Positions 18,869 to 29,500 of a stretch of 35,804 bases of DNA are shown piece after piece. A program made the position numbers and the translations under genes. The DNA lies in the NCBI GenBank assembly GCA_003538775.1, contig DPRG01000006.1, positions 1 to 35,804 of the forward strand, given 5' to 3'. A model generated the notes under the pieces. It did no database searches. It saw nothing but the letters and a program-made list of their open reading frames with translations, and was not told the origin of the DNA. Within the stretch, counting starts at the first letter, position 1; each line of letters opens with the position of its first letter. This DNA comes from Thermotogota bacterium (lineage in GTDB: Bacteria; Thermotogota; Thermotogae; UBA12178).

Positions 18869-18879
18869 AGGTGTTGGAG

Positions 18880-19683
18880 TTGGCAGTTGTAACCAAGAAA
18901 GAACTGCTCGAAGCGGGGGTTCACTTCGGGCACAGAACACAGAGATGGAACCCCAAAATGAAGCCCTATATCTACGGTGCTCGTAAAGGCATCCACATCA
19001 TTAACCTTCAGGAATCCTTGAGGCACCTGGAGATAGCCTACAACTTTGTACGTGACAGAGCAGCTGAAGGAGCCACGTTTCTCTTTGTCGGCACCAAAAG
19101 GCAGGCGCAGGAGATAATCGAAAAAGAAGCCAGGCGCTGCGGAGCCTACTACGTGAACAACAGATGGCTTGGTGGCTTGCTGACGAATTTCAAGACCATT
19201 CAAAAGCGAATTCGAAGGCTTGAAGAACTGGAAGAAATGGAGCTCAGTGGTGAACTGGACCGTCTGCCCAAAAAAACTCAGGCGCTCTTGCGAAAAGAAC
19301 TGGCGAAGTTGCGAAAGAATCTCGGCGGCGTGAAAGGGATGGAGCGGATACCCGATGTGGTCTATATCGTGGATCCCAGAAAGGAAAAGATAGCCGTTAA
19401 AGAGGCGAACCTTCTTTCCATACCAATAGTGGCCATAGTGGATACCAACTGTGATCCTGATGAAATAGACTATGTGATTCCGGGCAATGATGACGCCATT
19501 AGAGCTATCCGCTTGATAACTTCAAAGATCGCAGACGCTATCATTGAAGGTCGCGAAGGTTTGTCTATGGAAGAAGGCACCGAATCCGAGGCAGAAACAG
19601 AAGAAAGCCCGGAGGAAGAGCTCGCTGAGATAGATCTGATAGATGAAGAAGAATACGAGGACGATGAGATGAAAAATATATGA
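18880..19683 (+). CDS. rpsB: 30S ribosomal protein S2
   Basis: [40 protein letters not shown]; likely TTG start at 18880 (SD GGAGGTG 18867-73); acidic tail. Confidence 0.97.
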   Translation: MAVVTKKELLEAGVHFGHRTQRWNPKMKPYIYGARKGIHIINLQESLRHLEIAYNFVRDRAAEGATFLFVGTKRQAQEIIEKEARRCGAYYVNNRWLGGLLTNFKTIQKRIRRLEELEEMELSGELDRLPKKTQALLRKELAKLRKNLGGVKGMERIPDVVYIVDPRKEKIAVKEANLLSIPIVAIVDTNCDPDEIDYVIPGNDDAIRAIRLITSKIADAIIEGREGLSMEEGTESEAETEESPEEELAEIDLIDEEEYEDDEMKNI

Positions 19684-19696
19684 ATTGAAGAAATCA

Positions 19697-19735
19697 AAAA
19701 CGGGGAGGTTCAAAACCTCCCCGTTTTGCTTTTTC
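19697..19735 (+). terminator. Rho-independent terminator after rpsB
   Basis: 14-bp stem AAAACGGGGAGGTT/AACCTCCCCGTTTT, 3-nt loop, followed by GCTTTTTC. Confidence 0.85.
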
Positions 19736-19753
19736 AACATCGCGTGTTAGAAT
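19726..19753 (+). promoter_or_regulatory. Candidate promoter for the MFS operon
   Basis: TTGCTT-16 nt-TAGAAT with TG extended -10 at 19745-46; SD GGAGGTG follows. Confidence 0.45.
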
Positions 19754-19773
19754 CGTTTTTGGAGGTGTAGGTT

Positions 19774-21033
19774 GTGCTCGGCACAAAGAATAAAGCCGAA
19801 TTCGCCTGGGCTATGTATGATTGGGCAAACTCCGCTTTTTCGACCACGATACAGGCTGCCCTTCTTCCGATATTCTTCAAGGATGTTGCTGCTGCCAACC
19901 TTGAACCTTTCGTTTCCACGAGCTACTGGGGTTACACCCAATCTGTTGCCATGATCATAGCCGTTGTTCTTGCTCCAGTACTCGGTGCGATTGCCGACCA
20001 TGCGGCACTCAGGAAACGACTGATGGTATTCTTTGTGACTACAGGTGCGTTCTTCACAGCGTCACTTTTCACCGTTGACAAGGGCGAATTTCTTCTTTGC
20101 TCTGTCCTTTATGTCGCCGCAAACGTCGCTTTCGCCTCTGCAAACGTTTTCTACGATTCTTTCTTGCCGGCTGTGACCTCCCGTGACCGCATGGACTGGC
20201 TGTCATCGCTTGGTTACGCCTATGGATATGTTGGAGGAGGGCTTCTCTTTTTGATAAACATCGTCATGGTGCTTAAGCCGGGACTTTTCTTTTTGAAGAG
20301 TCCCGTGGACGGAATGAAGCTCTCGTTCGTTACTGTCGGCCTGTGGTGGTTTGGTTTTACCGTACCCTTCATGAGACACGTTAAGGAGGAAAAGGTAGGT
20401 TATAAGATAAAGATTTCCACGAGCATCAAAGAAGGTTTCAGGCGTATATTCGAAACGTTCAAAGAGATAAGAAAACACCGTGAGGCTTTCCTGATGCTCA
20501 TAGCATACTGGTTTTACATCGACGCGGTTGGTACCATCATAAAGATGGCAGTGGTCTATGGAAAGGATGTTGGGGTTCCAAATGAACACCTTATGGGAGC
20601 ATTACTTTTAACCCAGTTCGTTGCTTTTCCCTTTGCCATACTCTATGGGCGGATTGCCTGGAAACTTGGAACTAAAAAGGCTCTTTACCTTTCCATCCTC
20701 GTTTATCTCTTCATCATGATATGGGGGTACTTTTTGAAAAGCGCATGGGAGTTTTGGGCACTTGCACTTCTTGTGGCCACTTCCCAAGGAGGAGTTCAGG
20801 CACTCAGCCGCTCCCTTTTCGGCAGAATGGTTCCTCACGGTAAAAGAGCCGAATTTTTCGGTTTTTTCAGTGTTTTCAGCAAATTCGCCACAGTAGCCGG
20901 TCCTGCCATTTACGGCTTTGCGGCACAGCTTACGAGAAACTCCCGAAGTGGTATCATCTTTCTTATCATCTTCCTGTTGATAGGACTTGCGTTGCTTTCA
21001 AGGGTTAGAACTGAGGAGGCATCTAAAACATGA
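19774..21033 (+). CDS. MFS transporter (UMF1/Atg22-like family)
   Basis: About 12 TM segments; AWAMYDWANSAF, P.LGAIAD, FYDSFLP, SSLGYAYGY, SRSLF, EFFGF. Confidence 0.88.
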   Translation: MLGTKNKAEFAWAMYDWANSAFSTTIQAALLPIFFKDVAAANLEPFVSTSYWGYTQSVAMIIAVVLAPVLGAIADHAALRKRLMVFFVTTGAFFTASLFTVDKGEFLLCSVLYVAANVAFASANVFYDSFLPAVTSRDRMDWLSSLGYAYGYVGGGLLFLINIVMVLKPGLFFLKSPVDGMKLSFVTVGLWWFGFTVPFMRHVKEEKVGYKIKISTSIKEGFRRIFETFKEIRKHREAFLMLIAYWFYIDAVGTIIKMAVVYGKDVGVPNEHLMGALLLTQFVAFPFAILYGRIAWKLGTKKALYLSILVYLFIMIWGYFLKSAWEFWALALLVATSQGGVQALSRSLFGRMVPHGKRAEFFGFFSVFSKFATVAGPAIYGFAAQLTRNSRSGIIFLIIFLLIGLALLSRVRTEEASKT

Positions 21034-21701
21034 TACTGGTGAGCGGTGTTTTTGAAAAAGAGGTGGAGCCGTTTCTCGTATCCATGGTGGCACTGGAGCG
21101 AGGACTTTTGCTTTCGAGAGAATACTTCCGTGGTGTTATTGGAAGAAACGAGATCATCGTGACGAGTGGAATGATAGGAAAGGTCGATACAGCGGCGGTT
21201 TTGCAAGCTTTCATAGATCGGTTCAATCCATTTCTGATCATCCATGTGGGCGCATGCGGAGGCATTTCAGAACTTTTGGATATCGGTGACATGGTACTGG
21301 CTAGCCAGACGCTCGAGTACGATCTCTATCCTCTCGACAGGATACAACGCTTTTATAGCAGTGATCTCTTCATGGAGCACGTGCTTGATTACACCGATAA
21401 TGTTGTTACTGGAACTATAGTCACTGGAGACAAGGTTGTGAGCGATCCCAAGCTTAAAGAATGGTTGAAGAACACCTTTGATGCCATCGCGCTCGATATG
21501 GATTCGGCGGTTGTCGGAAAGGTATCCCGAATGAACGGGGTAAACTTCGGAGTTCTCAAGATCGTTGTGGATATGTGCGATGAAAGAGCCACGGAGGATT
21601 TCGAGAGATACTTTCCAAAATACGCTCCTGTACCAGCGCTTCACGTTGTTGAAATCATGAAACACCACATGTTCCATCCGGAAAGGGGGCTCTGGGAATG
21701 A
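21030..21701 (+). CDS. MTA/SAH nucleosidase-like protein (PNP/UDP superfamily)
   Basis: EKEV, GMIGKV, G-x-CGG, GTIVTGD; DMD in place of EME and KIVVD in place of RAISD. Confidence 0.75.
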   Translation: MILVSGVFEKEVEPFLVSMVALERGLLLSREYFRGVIGRNEIIVTSGMIGKVDTAAVLQAFIDRFNPFLIIHVGACGGISELLDIGDMVLASQTLEYDLYPLDRIQRFYSSDLFMEHVLDYTDNVVTGTIVTGDKVVSDPKLKEWLKNTFDAIALDMDSAVVGKVSRMNGVNFGVLKIVVDMCDERATEDFERYFPKYAPVPALHVVEIMKHHMFHPERGLWE

Positions 21702-22540
21702 GTGAAAGAGACCGTATCCAGTTCATGATTGACACGAAGAACAAGATCGAATCGGCTATGAAAACCATCCGTCACAAGATACTCGTAATGAGCGGAAAAG
21801 GTGGTGTTGGAAAGACCACTGTCTCTGTGAATCTCGCTGTTGCTCTGGCCGAGGAAGGTTTTAGGGTGGGGCTTCTCGATATCGATCTTCACGGGCCGAA
21901 TGTTGTCACCATGACCGGTTACTCAGTTCCTCCCGACGTGGATGGAACAAAGATAATTCCGGCGAAAACCTCGGACAATCTTAAAGTGGTGTCCATGGCG
22001 TACTTTCTCGAAGAAGGTCGTCCGACGATATGGAGAGGTCCGATAAAGATTTCGGCGATTAACCAGTTTTTGGGAGATGTGGAATGGGGCGAACTGGATT
22101 TTCTCTTGATAGATTCACCTCCTGGAAGCGGTGATGAGCCGTTGACTGTCATGCAACAGATCCCAGACGTCAAGGTCATCGTCGTAACAACGCCTCAACG
22201 CGTCGCCATAGAAGATGTTAGGAGATCACTGAATTTCGCGTTGACGATGAACAAAGAAGTAATAGGAGTTGTGGAAAACATGGCCTATCTCGTTTGTCCT
22301 CACTGTGGTGGGGAAATCAGAATGTACGGCTCAGGTAACACGCAGACGCTATCGGACGAGTTCAATGTTCCGATACTGGCGAGTGTTCCTTTTGACCCTG
22401 CCGTGGTGGAACTTTCAGATTCCGGAAGACCTATCGTTAGCTGGTATCGTGGCAGTAACCTTGAGAAAGTATATCGAGATCTCGTAGCGAAGGTCATCGA
22501 GCGACTGGAGAAAGGGGAGGGCACCAGAGGTGAAGCGTGA
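21698..22540 (+). CDS. mrp: Mrp/NBP35 (ApbC) Fe-S cluster carrier ATPase
   Basis: SGKGGVGKTT, DIDLHGP, WRGP, DSPPG, TTPQ, ENM, CPHC. Confidence 0.92.
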   Translation: MSERDRIQFMIDTKNKIESAMKTIRHKILVMSGKGGVGKTTVSVNLAVALAEEGFRVGLLDIDLHGPNVVTMTGYSVPPDVDGTKIIPAKTSDNLKVVSMAYFLEEGRPTIWRGPIKISAINQFLGDVEWGELDFLLIDSPPGSGDEPLTVMQQIPDVKVIVVTTPQRVAIEDVRRSLNFALTMNKEVIGVVENMAYLVCPHCGGEIRMYGSGNTQTLSDEFNVPILASVPFDPAVVELSDSGRPIVSWYRGSNLEKVYRDLVAKVIERLEKGEGTRGEA

Positions 22541-23051
22541 AGAGTTGAAGGTTCTGATCGATCGAGAAACGATACAGAAACGTGTAGCTGAAATGGGTAG
22601 GGAGATAGGCGAATATTATGCCGATAAAACCGACTCCATAGTGGCGATATGCGTTCTTAAAGGATCTATCCACTTTTTCAGTGAGCTTGTTCTGAATATT
22701 CCTCTGAATGTTATGTATTCGTTCGTTCACGTTTCGAGCTATGTCGGTTCGAGCTCTACGGGAAGGATTCGAGTGAACTCGTGGATCGATGTGCCCGTGT
22801 CGAACGAATATGTGCTTCTTGTAGAAGATATCGTGGATACCGGGAACACGATCCGTTACATAATGAAATATCTCCAGAGGTACAAACCTAAGGATCTAAA
22901 ACTGGCGGCTTTGATAGAAAAAAAGGCTCATGACCACGGAATAAACATAGACTTTCTCGGATTTCAAATAGAAGATCGCTTTGTGGTGGGATACGGACTG
23001 GATTACGATGGAAGATTTCGAAACCTCCCGTTTGTGGGATACAAAGAATGA
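22530..23051 (+). CDS. hpt: Hypoxanthine phosphoribosyltransferase
   Basis: VLKGS, SSY, VLLVEDIVDTG PRPP-binding motif, FVVGYGLD. Confidence 0.93.
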   Translation: MKREELKVLIDRETIQKRVAEMGREIGEYYADKTDSIVAICVLKGSIHFFSELVLNIPLNVMYSFVHVSSYVGSSSTGRIRVNSWIDVPVSNEYVLLVEDIVDTGNTIRYIMKYLQRYKPKDLKLAALIEKKAHDHGINIDFLGFQIEDRFVVGYGLDYDGRFRNLPFVGYKE

Positions 23052-23241
23052 GAGTTCGTCACGTGAAGGAAGCTTCGCCATAATCGTGGCTTTTGTGATG
23101 GCGATGGTGATCGTCGTGGTTCTGGCGGCAAAGCTGCTTCAGATGGTCGAACTTCAGCTGGAATCTGGTAGGATAGTCCTTGCCGATGTGGTAGAAAGGT
23201 ACGAGCTTGAAGCCACGGAACTTCATGAACACGGCAGGTGA
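23008..23241 (+). CDS. Small single-TM hypothetical protein with prepilin-like N-terminus; start uncertain, possibly frameshifted
   Basis: Open frame fills the hpt-gatB gap and stops inside the gatB SD; REG|[20 protein letters not shown] hydrophobic run; no good in-frame SD/start pair. Confidence 0.45.
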   Translation: MEDFETSRLWDTKNESSSREGSFAIIVAFVMAMVIVVVLAAKLLQMVELQLESGRIVLADVVERYELEATELHEHGR

Positions 23242-23245
23242 TAAC

Positions 23246-24676
23246 GTGAGGTTTAGAACGGTCATAGGTCTGGAGATACACGTCCAGCTTCAAACTAAAA
23301 GTAAGATGTTCTGCTCCTGCTCGGCTGATGTCTTTGACGCCTCTCCAAACACGCATATTTGCCCCGTTTGCACTGGACAGCCCGGTGCCCTTCCAGTGGT
23401 CAACGGCGAGGCGGTAAAGCTGGCCGTTTTGACCGCCCTGGCTTTGAACTGCCAGGTTAATCTATTTTCGCGTTTTGACCGTAAGAACTACTTTTATCCC
23501 GACCTCCCCAAAGGTTACCAGATCACTCAGTATTTTTATCCTCTGGCGGAAAGAGGGTATCTTATCATCGAAGACGATGAAGGTAACGAGAAGGTAGTCA
23601 GAATAAGAAGGATACATCTCGAGGAAGACGCTGGAAAACTTTTCCATGAAGAAGACAAGAGTCTTGTGGATCTGAATCGCTGTGGTGTTCCGCTCATAGA
23701 GATCGTAACAGAACCGGACATCGCTTCTCCGGCTGAAGCGAGGCGCTTCATGGAAGAGCTGAGAGCAGTGGTGCGCCATCTCGGAGTTTCCAGTGGTGAT
23801 ATGGAGAAGGGTGCCTTAAGATGCGATGCGAACATCTCCGTTGAAGATGTTGAGACTGGCCGTAAAAGCAACAGGGTTGAGGTGAAAAACATCAACTCTT
23901 TCAGATTCGTTGAAAAGGCGCTGGAGTTTGAATTTGAAAGGATAAAGAAAGCGCTGGAAGGCGGAAAGAACGTTGAGAAAGAAACCCGTGGTTGGGATAT
24001 GAAGACCAGAACCACCATTTCCATGCGGAGTAAGGAAGAGGAAGCGGATTACAGATATTTCCCCGAACCGGATCTTCCACCGCTTGTCTTGAAAGAGGAA
24101 TTCGTGAAGAATTTAGAGCATTCACTTCCCGAACTGCCGCGTGAACGCGCTTTGCGCCTTTCCCGGGAGTACGGCATTCCGTTGAAAGAAGCAAAGATTT
24201 ACGCTCTGAGACCGTCCGTTGCGGATTTCTTCGAAGAAGCGGCGGGTCTTTATGGGGATCCGAAAACCGTTTCGAACTGGATTCTGAGCGAGATTTTGAG
24301 GGAATTGAAGGAAGAAGGTGAGGATCGAATATCCCTGACGCCTGCACAACTGGTTGAGTTGTTGAGGCTTCTTGATGAGGGAACTATCTCCACGAGGATC
24401 GCGAAGGAACTTCTTCCTGAGATGATATCAACCGGGAAATCCGCAAAACGGCTTGTTGAAGAGAAAGGTTTATCTCAGATCGATGACGAATCTCTCATAA
24501 GGGATATACTGCAGAGAGCTATACAGGAGAATCCAGACGTTGTTGAAAAGTACCGTTCTGGTAAAAAGCAGACACTGGGTTTCTTCGTGGGTTTCGTTAT
24601 GAAGGAAACGAGAGGAAAAGCAAATCCAGCGGTGGTGAATCGAATTGCCAGGGAACTTCTCGATCAGGATCTTTAG
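23246..24676 (+). CDS. gatB: Asp-tRNA(Asn)/Glu-tRNA(Gln) amidotransferase subunit B
   Basis: [61 protein letters not shown]; GTG start at 23246. Confidence 0.96.
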   Translation: MRFRTVIGLEIHVQLQTKSKMFCSCSADVFDASPNTHICPVCTGQPGALPVVNGEAVKLAVLTALALNCQVNLFSRFDRKNYFYPDLPKGYQITQYFYPLAERGYLIIEDDEGNEKVVRIRRIHLEEDAGKLFHEEDKSLVDLNRCGVPLIEIVTEPDIASPAEARRFMEELRAVVRHLGVSSGDMEKGALRCDANISVEDVETGRKSNRVEVKNINSFRFVEKALEFEFERIKKALEGGKNVEKETRGWDMKTRTTISMRSKEEEADYRYFPEPDLPPLVLKEEFVKNLEHSLPELPRERALRLSREYGIPLKEAKIYALRPSVADFFEEAAGLYGDPKTVSNWILSEILRELKEEGEDRISLTPAQLVELLRLLDEGTISTRIAKELLPEMISTGKSAKRLVEEKGLSQIDDESLIRDILQRAIQENPDVVEKYRSGKKQTLGFFVGFVMKETRGKANPAVVNRIARELLDQDL

Positions 24677-25454
24677 CATTGTGTGTCTATTTTTAAGTCT
24701 GGCGGTCATCTATGTGGGCTTTAATATCGTGCTCAATCCCGAGGATTTCGTGGTTCGAGCTTTCTCAGGGCCCCTGTCTGTGGGAATGCAAAAAGATGGA
24801 CTGCTTCTTGGTATGAACCTGATGGCGTCCGAAGAAAGTTTCACGGAAAGTGAAGTGAAACTCGGTATATTCTCAAGAAAGATCAGGCTCAAGACGTCAG
24901 AATCCTCTTTGAACTTTTCCTCAGGGATTCGTTTACCCGATATGACACCCTGGGCGATGATCGAATTTGACCATCGCGGCATTTTTCCCATACCCTCTTC
25001 GAGCGCCATGGGTTACGGCATCTGGACTGGCGGCTTTCTTTTCTATTCCAGATCGAATTTGAGGATCCCTCTTGCGGTTTTAAGTGGAGGTTACAAGTCA
25101 GAGTTCTTTACCACAGGGGCGTGGAGCTACCAGGATACCCTCCTGTATCTGAACACATCTTCTCTGGATCTGCGTTTTCGCAGAGGAGGGGAGTACTGGT
25201 ATATAGGAATTCCGATTAAGTCCTTCGATTCTCTTGGTGAATATGGCGTTGCGCTTGGACTGGGCAGGTATGTGGATTCATGGTGTGCGGTGCTGGATGT
25301 AGATGTCTTCAAAACCGCGAGGTTAAACCCCGTGTTCTTGTTTGACATCCAGAACGGTTCTGCCAGCTGGTTGTTAACCTTCAATGGTCATGCTGGACGC
25401 AGTTTCACACTGATGATTTCGCCTGAGGAGGCTTTTCTGGCAGTTGGGTGGTAG
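24645..25454 (+). CDS. Hypothetical exported or membrane-anchored beta-strand-rich protein
   Basis: 269-aa ORF overlapping both neighbours; N-terminal hydrophobic segment; Gly/aromatic-rich alternating strands; C-terminal FLAVGW. Confidence 0.65.
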   Translation: MPGNFSIRIFSIVCLFLSLAVIYVGFNIVLNPEDFVVRAFSGPLSVGMQKDGLLLGMNLMASEESFTESEVKLGIFSRKIRLKTSESSLNFSSGIRLPDMTPWAMIEFDHRGIFPIPSSSAMGYGIWTGGFLFYSRSNLRIPLAVLSGGYKSEFFTTGAWSYQDTLLYLNTSSLDLRFRRGGEYWYIGIPIKSFDSLGEYGVALGLGRYVDSWCAVLDVDVFKTARLNPVFLFDIQNGSASWLLTFNGHAGRSFTLMISPEEAFLAVGW

Positions 25455-26553
25455 TCTTTCCATCTACGTTCATGTTCCCTTCTGTTCAAGGCGCTGTGCC
25501 TACTGCAACTTCACCTCGATCGCGTCTTCAGATCCTGAGCTTTATCTGCGTTACTTCAAACTCCTCTGGCGGGAGATAGAGCTCCGTTCCTTCCAGCTGG
25601 AAGGCAAGGACATGGTGAGTCTTTACTTCGGTGGGGGCACTCCTTCACATGTACCGGCGAAACTTCTAAGTAAGACCCTTGAGGTAATTCTAAAATACGT
25701 TAAAGTTCCAGATGAATTCGAATTCACCGTGGAAGTGAACCCTGAAGACATCAATGAAGAGATCGCAGGTGATTACTCGGTTCTGGGAGTTAACAGGATA
25801 AGCATAGGGCTTCAGGCAGCTCAAGACGATATTCTCAGACTCATCGGCCGGCCTCACACCTTTGAAGATTTCATTAAAGCGTGGAAGATTCTCGAAAGGC
25901 GTTTCAACGACATCAATATCGATTTTATAGTGGGCTTACCCATGGAGAGCCGTGAGACGATAGCCGAAGACGTGAAGCTTGTGAGCTGGTTACGCCCGTC
26001 GCACGTGTCTGTTTACATGCTGGAAGAGGAGAAGCTCGACGCCGAAAAGAAAGCCCTGCTTCCTGATGAAGAGGAAGTGGTTGAGCATTTTCTCATCTTC
26101 TGCAACACCCTTTCCGACGAGGGTTACAGGCGCTACGAGATCTCGAACTGGTATCTTACCAAGCCTTCGTTCCACAATCTTTCTTACTGGAAAAACCAAG
26201 ATTACATAGGTGTTGGCCTTTCCGCAGGAGGGCATGTGAGCAGATTCAGATACGTCAACACGGGAAATCTCCGGGTGTATTCAGAGAAAATACTGGAAGG
26301 AAAACTTCCTTACGAGTATGCGCACAACAATTCTGAAGAAGAGGAATTGAGAGAAACCCTCTTCATGTGTTTGAGACTTATCGAAGGTTGCGATCTTGCC
26401 GATCTGGAAAAGAGATTTTCTGGACAATTGCTGGGGCGTTATCTTAAGAAACTTCTGACCAATCCACATTACTTTGAACGTCAAAATAAAAAACTCAGGT
26501 TAACATCGCTGGGTATACTTCACAGCGCATCTGCTATGGAGATGCTGGTGTGA
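25444..26553 (+). CDS. hemW: Radical SAM heme chaperone HemW (HemN-like)
   Basis: YVHVPFCSRRCAYCNF (CxxxCxxC), YFGGGTPS, EVNP, RISIG.Q, YEISN and HNLSYW (HNxxYW). Confidence 0.85.
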   Translation: MGGSLSIYVHVPFCSRRCAYCNFTSIASSDPELYLRYFKLLWREIELRSFQLEGKDMVSLYFGGGTPSHVPAKLLSKTLEVILKYVKVPDEFEFTVEVNPEDINEEIAGDYSVLGVNRISIGLQAAQDDILRLIGRPHTFEDFIKAWKILERRFNDINIDFIVGLPMESRETIAEDVKLVSWLRPSHVSVYMLEEEKLDAEKKALLPDEEEVVEHFLIFCNTLSDEGYRRYEISNWYLTKPSFHNLSYWKNQDYIGVGLSAGGHVSRFRYVNTGNLRVYSEKILEGKLPYEYAHNNSEEEELRETLFMCLRLIEGCDLADLEKRFSGQLLGRYLKKLLTNPHYFERQNKKLRLTSLGILHSASAMEMLV

Positions 26554-26560
26554 AAAGCGT

Positions 26561-29500
26561 TTATGCGTAGGATACCCTGTCTTTGCCCGAGTTTTTTGAA
26601 ACGTATAGGGCTTTGTCCGCAAGAGATACGAGATCTGCTGCCCTCTCAGGCCTGTCATCAGGCAGCCCTGATACTCCAAGGCTGATCGTTATGGGAAATG
26701 GGAAGGGATTTCTGGATTTTATCGTCGATCGCAGTTTTTCAGCTACTTCTATGGCTTTAGATTTCACGGTGTTCGTGAGTATTAATATGAACTCTTCTCC
26801 GCCGTATCTTCCCACTATGTCGGTCGCTCTGACGCTTGAGGTCATAATGGCGGCGATGAACTTCAAAACCTCGTCCCCTTTTGGATGCCCGTAGGTGTCG
26901 TTTATTTGTTTGAAATCATCGATGTCAGCCATGATCACAGAAAAGGGTATACCATAACGTCTGTACCTTTCGAACTCTTCCTCCAGCCTCTTCGTGAAAT
27001 ACCACCGGGTATAGAGTCCGGTCAGCGGGTCTGTGATGCTCGTCTCTTGTGCCATGGAAAATCGAATAGTTCCTATCAGTGCGATTTCCATCTGGTTCAG
27101 GAACTCCAGATAGTATTCAAAGGTTTGATCATCCAAAAACAAATGTGGATTTTCTATGAGAACGACCAGATCGTGTTCGCTGTCTATTCTCATCGATTGG
27201 AGGATCTTCAATGGTTGTGAACCGGAAATGTCCTTGATAAAATCCTGGCTCAACAGATTTTCTGGTATTTCACCGTATTGTACCAGTGGCTGGCTATGGC
27301 GTCTCAACACCATGGATATGTTTTCAGCGGGTATCAGGTTTCCCAGTCTATTGGAAAGATATTCCAGCAGCTCTTTTGTGGAAGCGATGTTGTTTGCAAA
27401 CCTGATAGTCATTAGCGCCTCGTTTTTCATCAGGTTCTGCGTTCTGTACCAGTCCTGACGATTTTCGTAGAGCTTCTTAGATCCAGCGAATACAGGATAA
27501 GATTCAAGCGCATCTGCGGCATTGTCAAATCCAATGGACTCGTAAATCTCATACGCGCGTCTGAGAAATCTTCGTGCTTTTAAGTTCTCTCCATCAGCCC
27601 AGAAAGCCTTTCCAAGCCCCTCATAAATCAAAGCCAGTGAAAGGAGCATATCCGCAAGCGCATTGCTTTCTTCGGATTCAAACGCTATCTTCAGAAAGAA
27701 GTCTCTGTTGAGTCTTATCATCCTTTCGGAGAATATGAGGATGGATTCTTCTCTCCAGAAAACGGTCTTTTCGATCAGTTCTTTCCATGCTTTCTTGAAA
27801 TCTTCATCGCTTTTCGCAAGGATGAGATGAGCAAACGGCAGAAAACTCGTATGGGAAATTGCGGGATCGTCTATGTTTTCCAGTAGCAGTTCTCGCGAGC
27901 GTTCCAGATCGCCTTTCATCGCATATAGAGTGGCCATAGCCCTCAGCGCTCTTTTTCGAAAACCTGACGCTTCTTCTATTTGAAGTTCGCGCTTTAAATC
28001 TTCTTCCGCGTCTTCGTACTCCTTGTTATAGGCATGGAACATCCCTTCGATGAAGTAGGTTCGCGTGATTCCATAAAGATTGCCGGATGCCGTGGCAACG
28101 GATCTAATTTCCTGGAGTTCTCTTAAAAACTCTCTTTTCTGACCTTTGTACAGGCTGTTGACCAGGAGTTCGAGCTTCAGGTTTATAAGCTTGTTGTGTA
28201 TACCGAGTTCTTTACTTTTAGACGAAGCGCTTTCCAGAAGATGTTGCCCGAGAGCCGGTAAAACCGGCAGGAAACGATTTGCAACAGCGCTTTGTAGCTT
28301 TATCAGTTCCACCCAGGCCCTGTGTTTTTCGAGTGTTTCCATGGCATTCTTAAGTTTTTCCATCGTGGATGTTCCAACATGTGAACTGACAGAGAGTTCA
28401 AGTAATGCGAGCTCTCCCTGAAATTCCGCGTAAACAACATGGTGTTTACAGTTTAGTGGCGTGAACCTTTCGAGTTCCTGCCGGGATAGATTTACGAGCT
28501 CTTCTGGTCTTTCCCCCTTCAGGTTCGCGAATTTCAAAAGTAGAGTCAGCACACGCAATCGTAGATAAGGAGGAAAATCCCTCAAACGCTCGTCCATTCG
28601 TAATGCCAGTTTCCTGGCTTCCTCCAGATTCTCGGAATTGAGGGCTATGGAAAGGCGATAAAAGTCTTTGAGATGTGTGATTGTAACATGTTCGTCCAGG
28701 AGTTTCTCGGCATCCTCTTGACGCTCTTCAATTTCTGAGAGGAGCCATGCAAACCTGGTACCCAGGGCGTAAGAGGTCTCCCCTTGTTTCAAAAAGCTTT
28801 TTGCTTCTTCGAGGAACATCTTTGCTCTTAGATAGTTTCCATCGTCGAGCGCTTTAATCGCCTCTTTGATACACAACGCCGCGGCACTTCTTAGTTTTCC
28901 AAGGCGTTCCAGATACCATGCTTTGAGCCAAGGATCATCGACCATCCTGTAAAGTCTTTCGTATATCTTTTTCGCTTCCGCTTCTTCCACCTGCTTGGCA
29001 AATATTTCCCAGAACTCGTGCAGGTTAAATTTGTAGATTTCGTCCGACTCTTTGTAAAGAAAACCGTACTTCATCAGCTTTTCAAGTGCATTGCGAAGTG
29101 AGTGAACCGGAACATCCAGGACCTTCACCAGCGCATTGATTTCATCTTCAGAGAACCTCGTTCCCAGGAGCGCAAGACGCGACCATGTCCAGATGTACTC
29201 TTTGGGTACAGATTTCAAACGTGCTTCTATCAGGTAATCAAATCCTTTCAACTTTTGGGGTTCGAATTCCTCTGGATTTTTCCTCAACTGAGGATAAAGC
29301 GTTCTCAAGATTTCTACGGCTAACCCCGGTATACCTTCGGATAAAGAGTGCAGCCACCTGGTAATCTGCTGACGTGTATCTTCGGGCAAATCTTCGAAAA
29401 CGAACCTCAGAAGGCGGCCTATTTCTTCTTGACCAAGCGGGGGAATGTTCAGCGAGATGCTTGCGGATACGTCAAGCCCTTCTGCGGAGTGTGTTACGAG

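Noticed and set aside
19560-19683. Very acidic C-terminal tail of S2
   Set aside because: Variable acidic extensions are common in bacterial S2 proteins.
19684-19773. rpsB not followed by tsf
   Set aside because: Departs from the common operon, but I recall rpsB and tsf being separate in Thermotoga, so it is probably a lineage norm.
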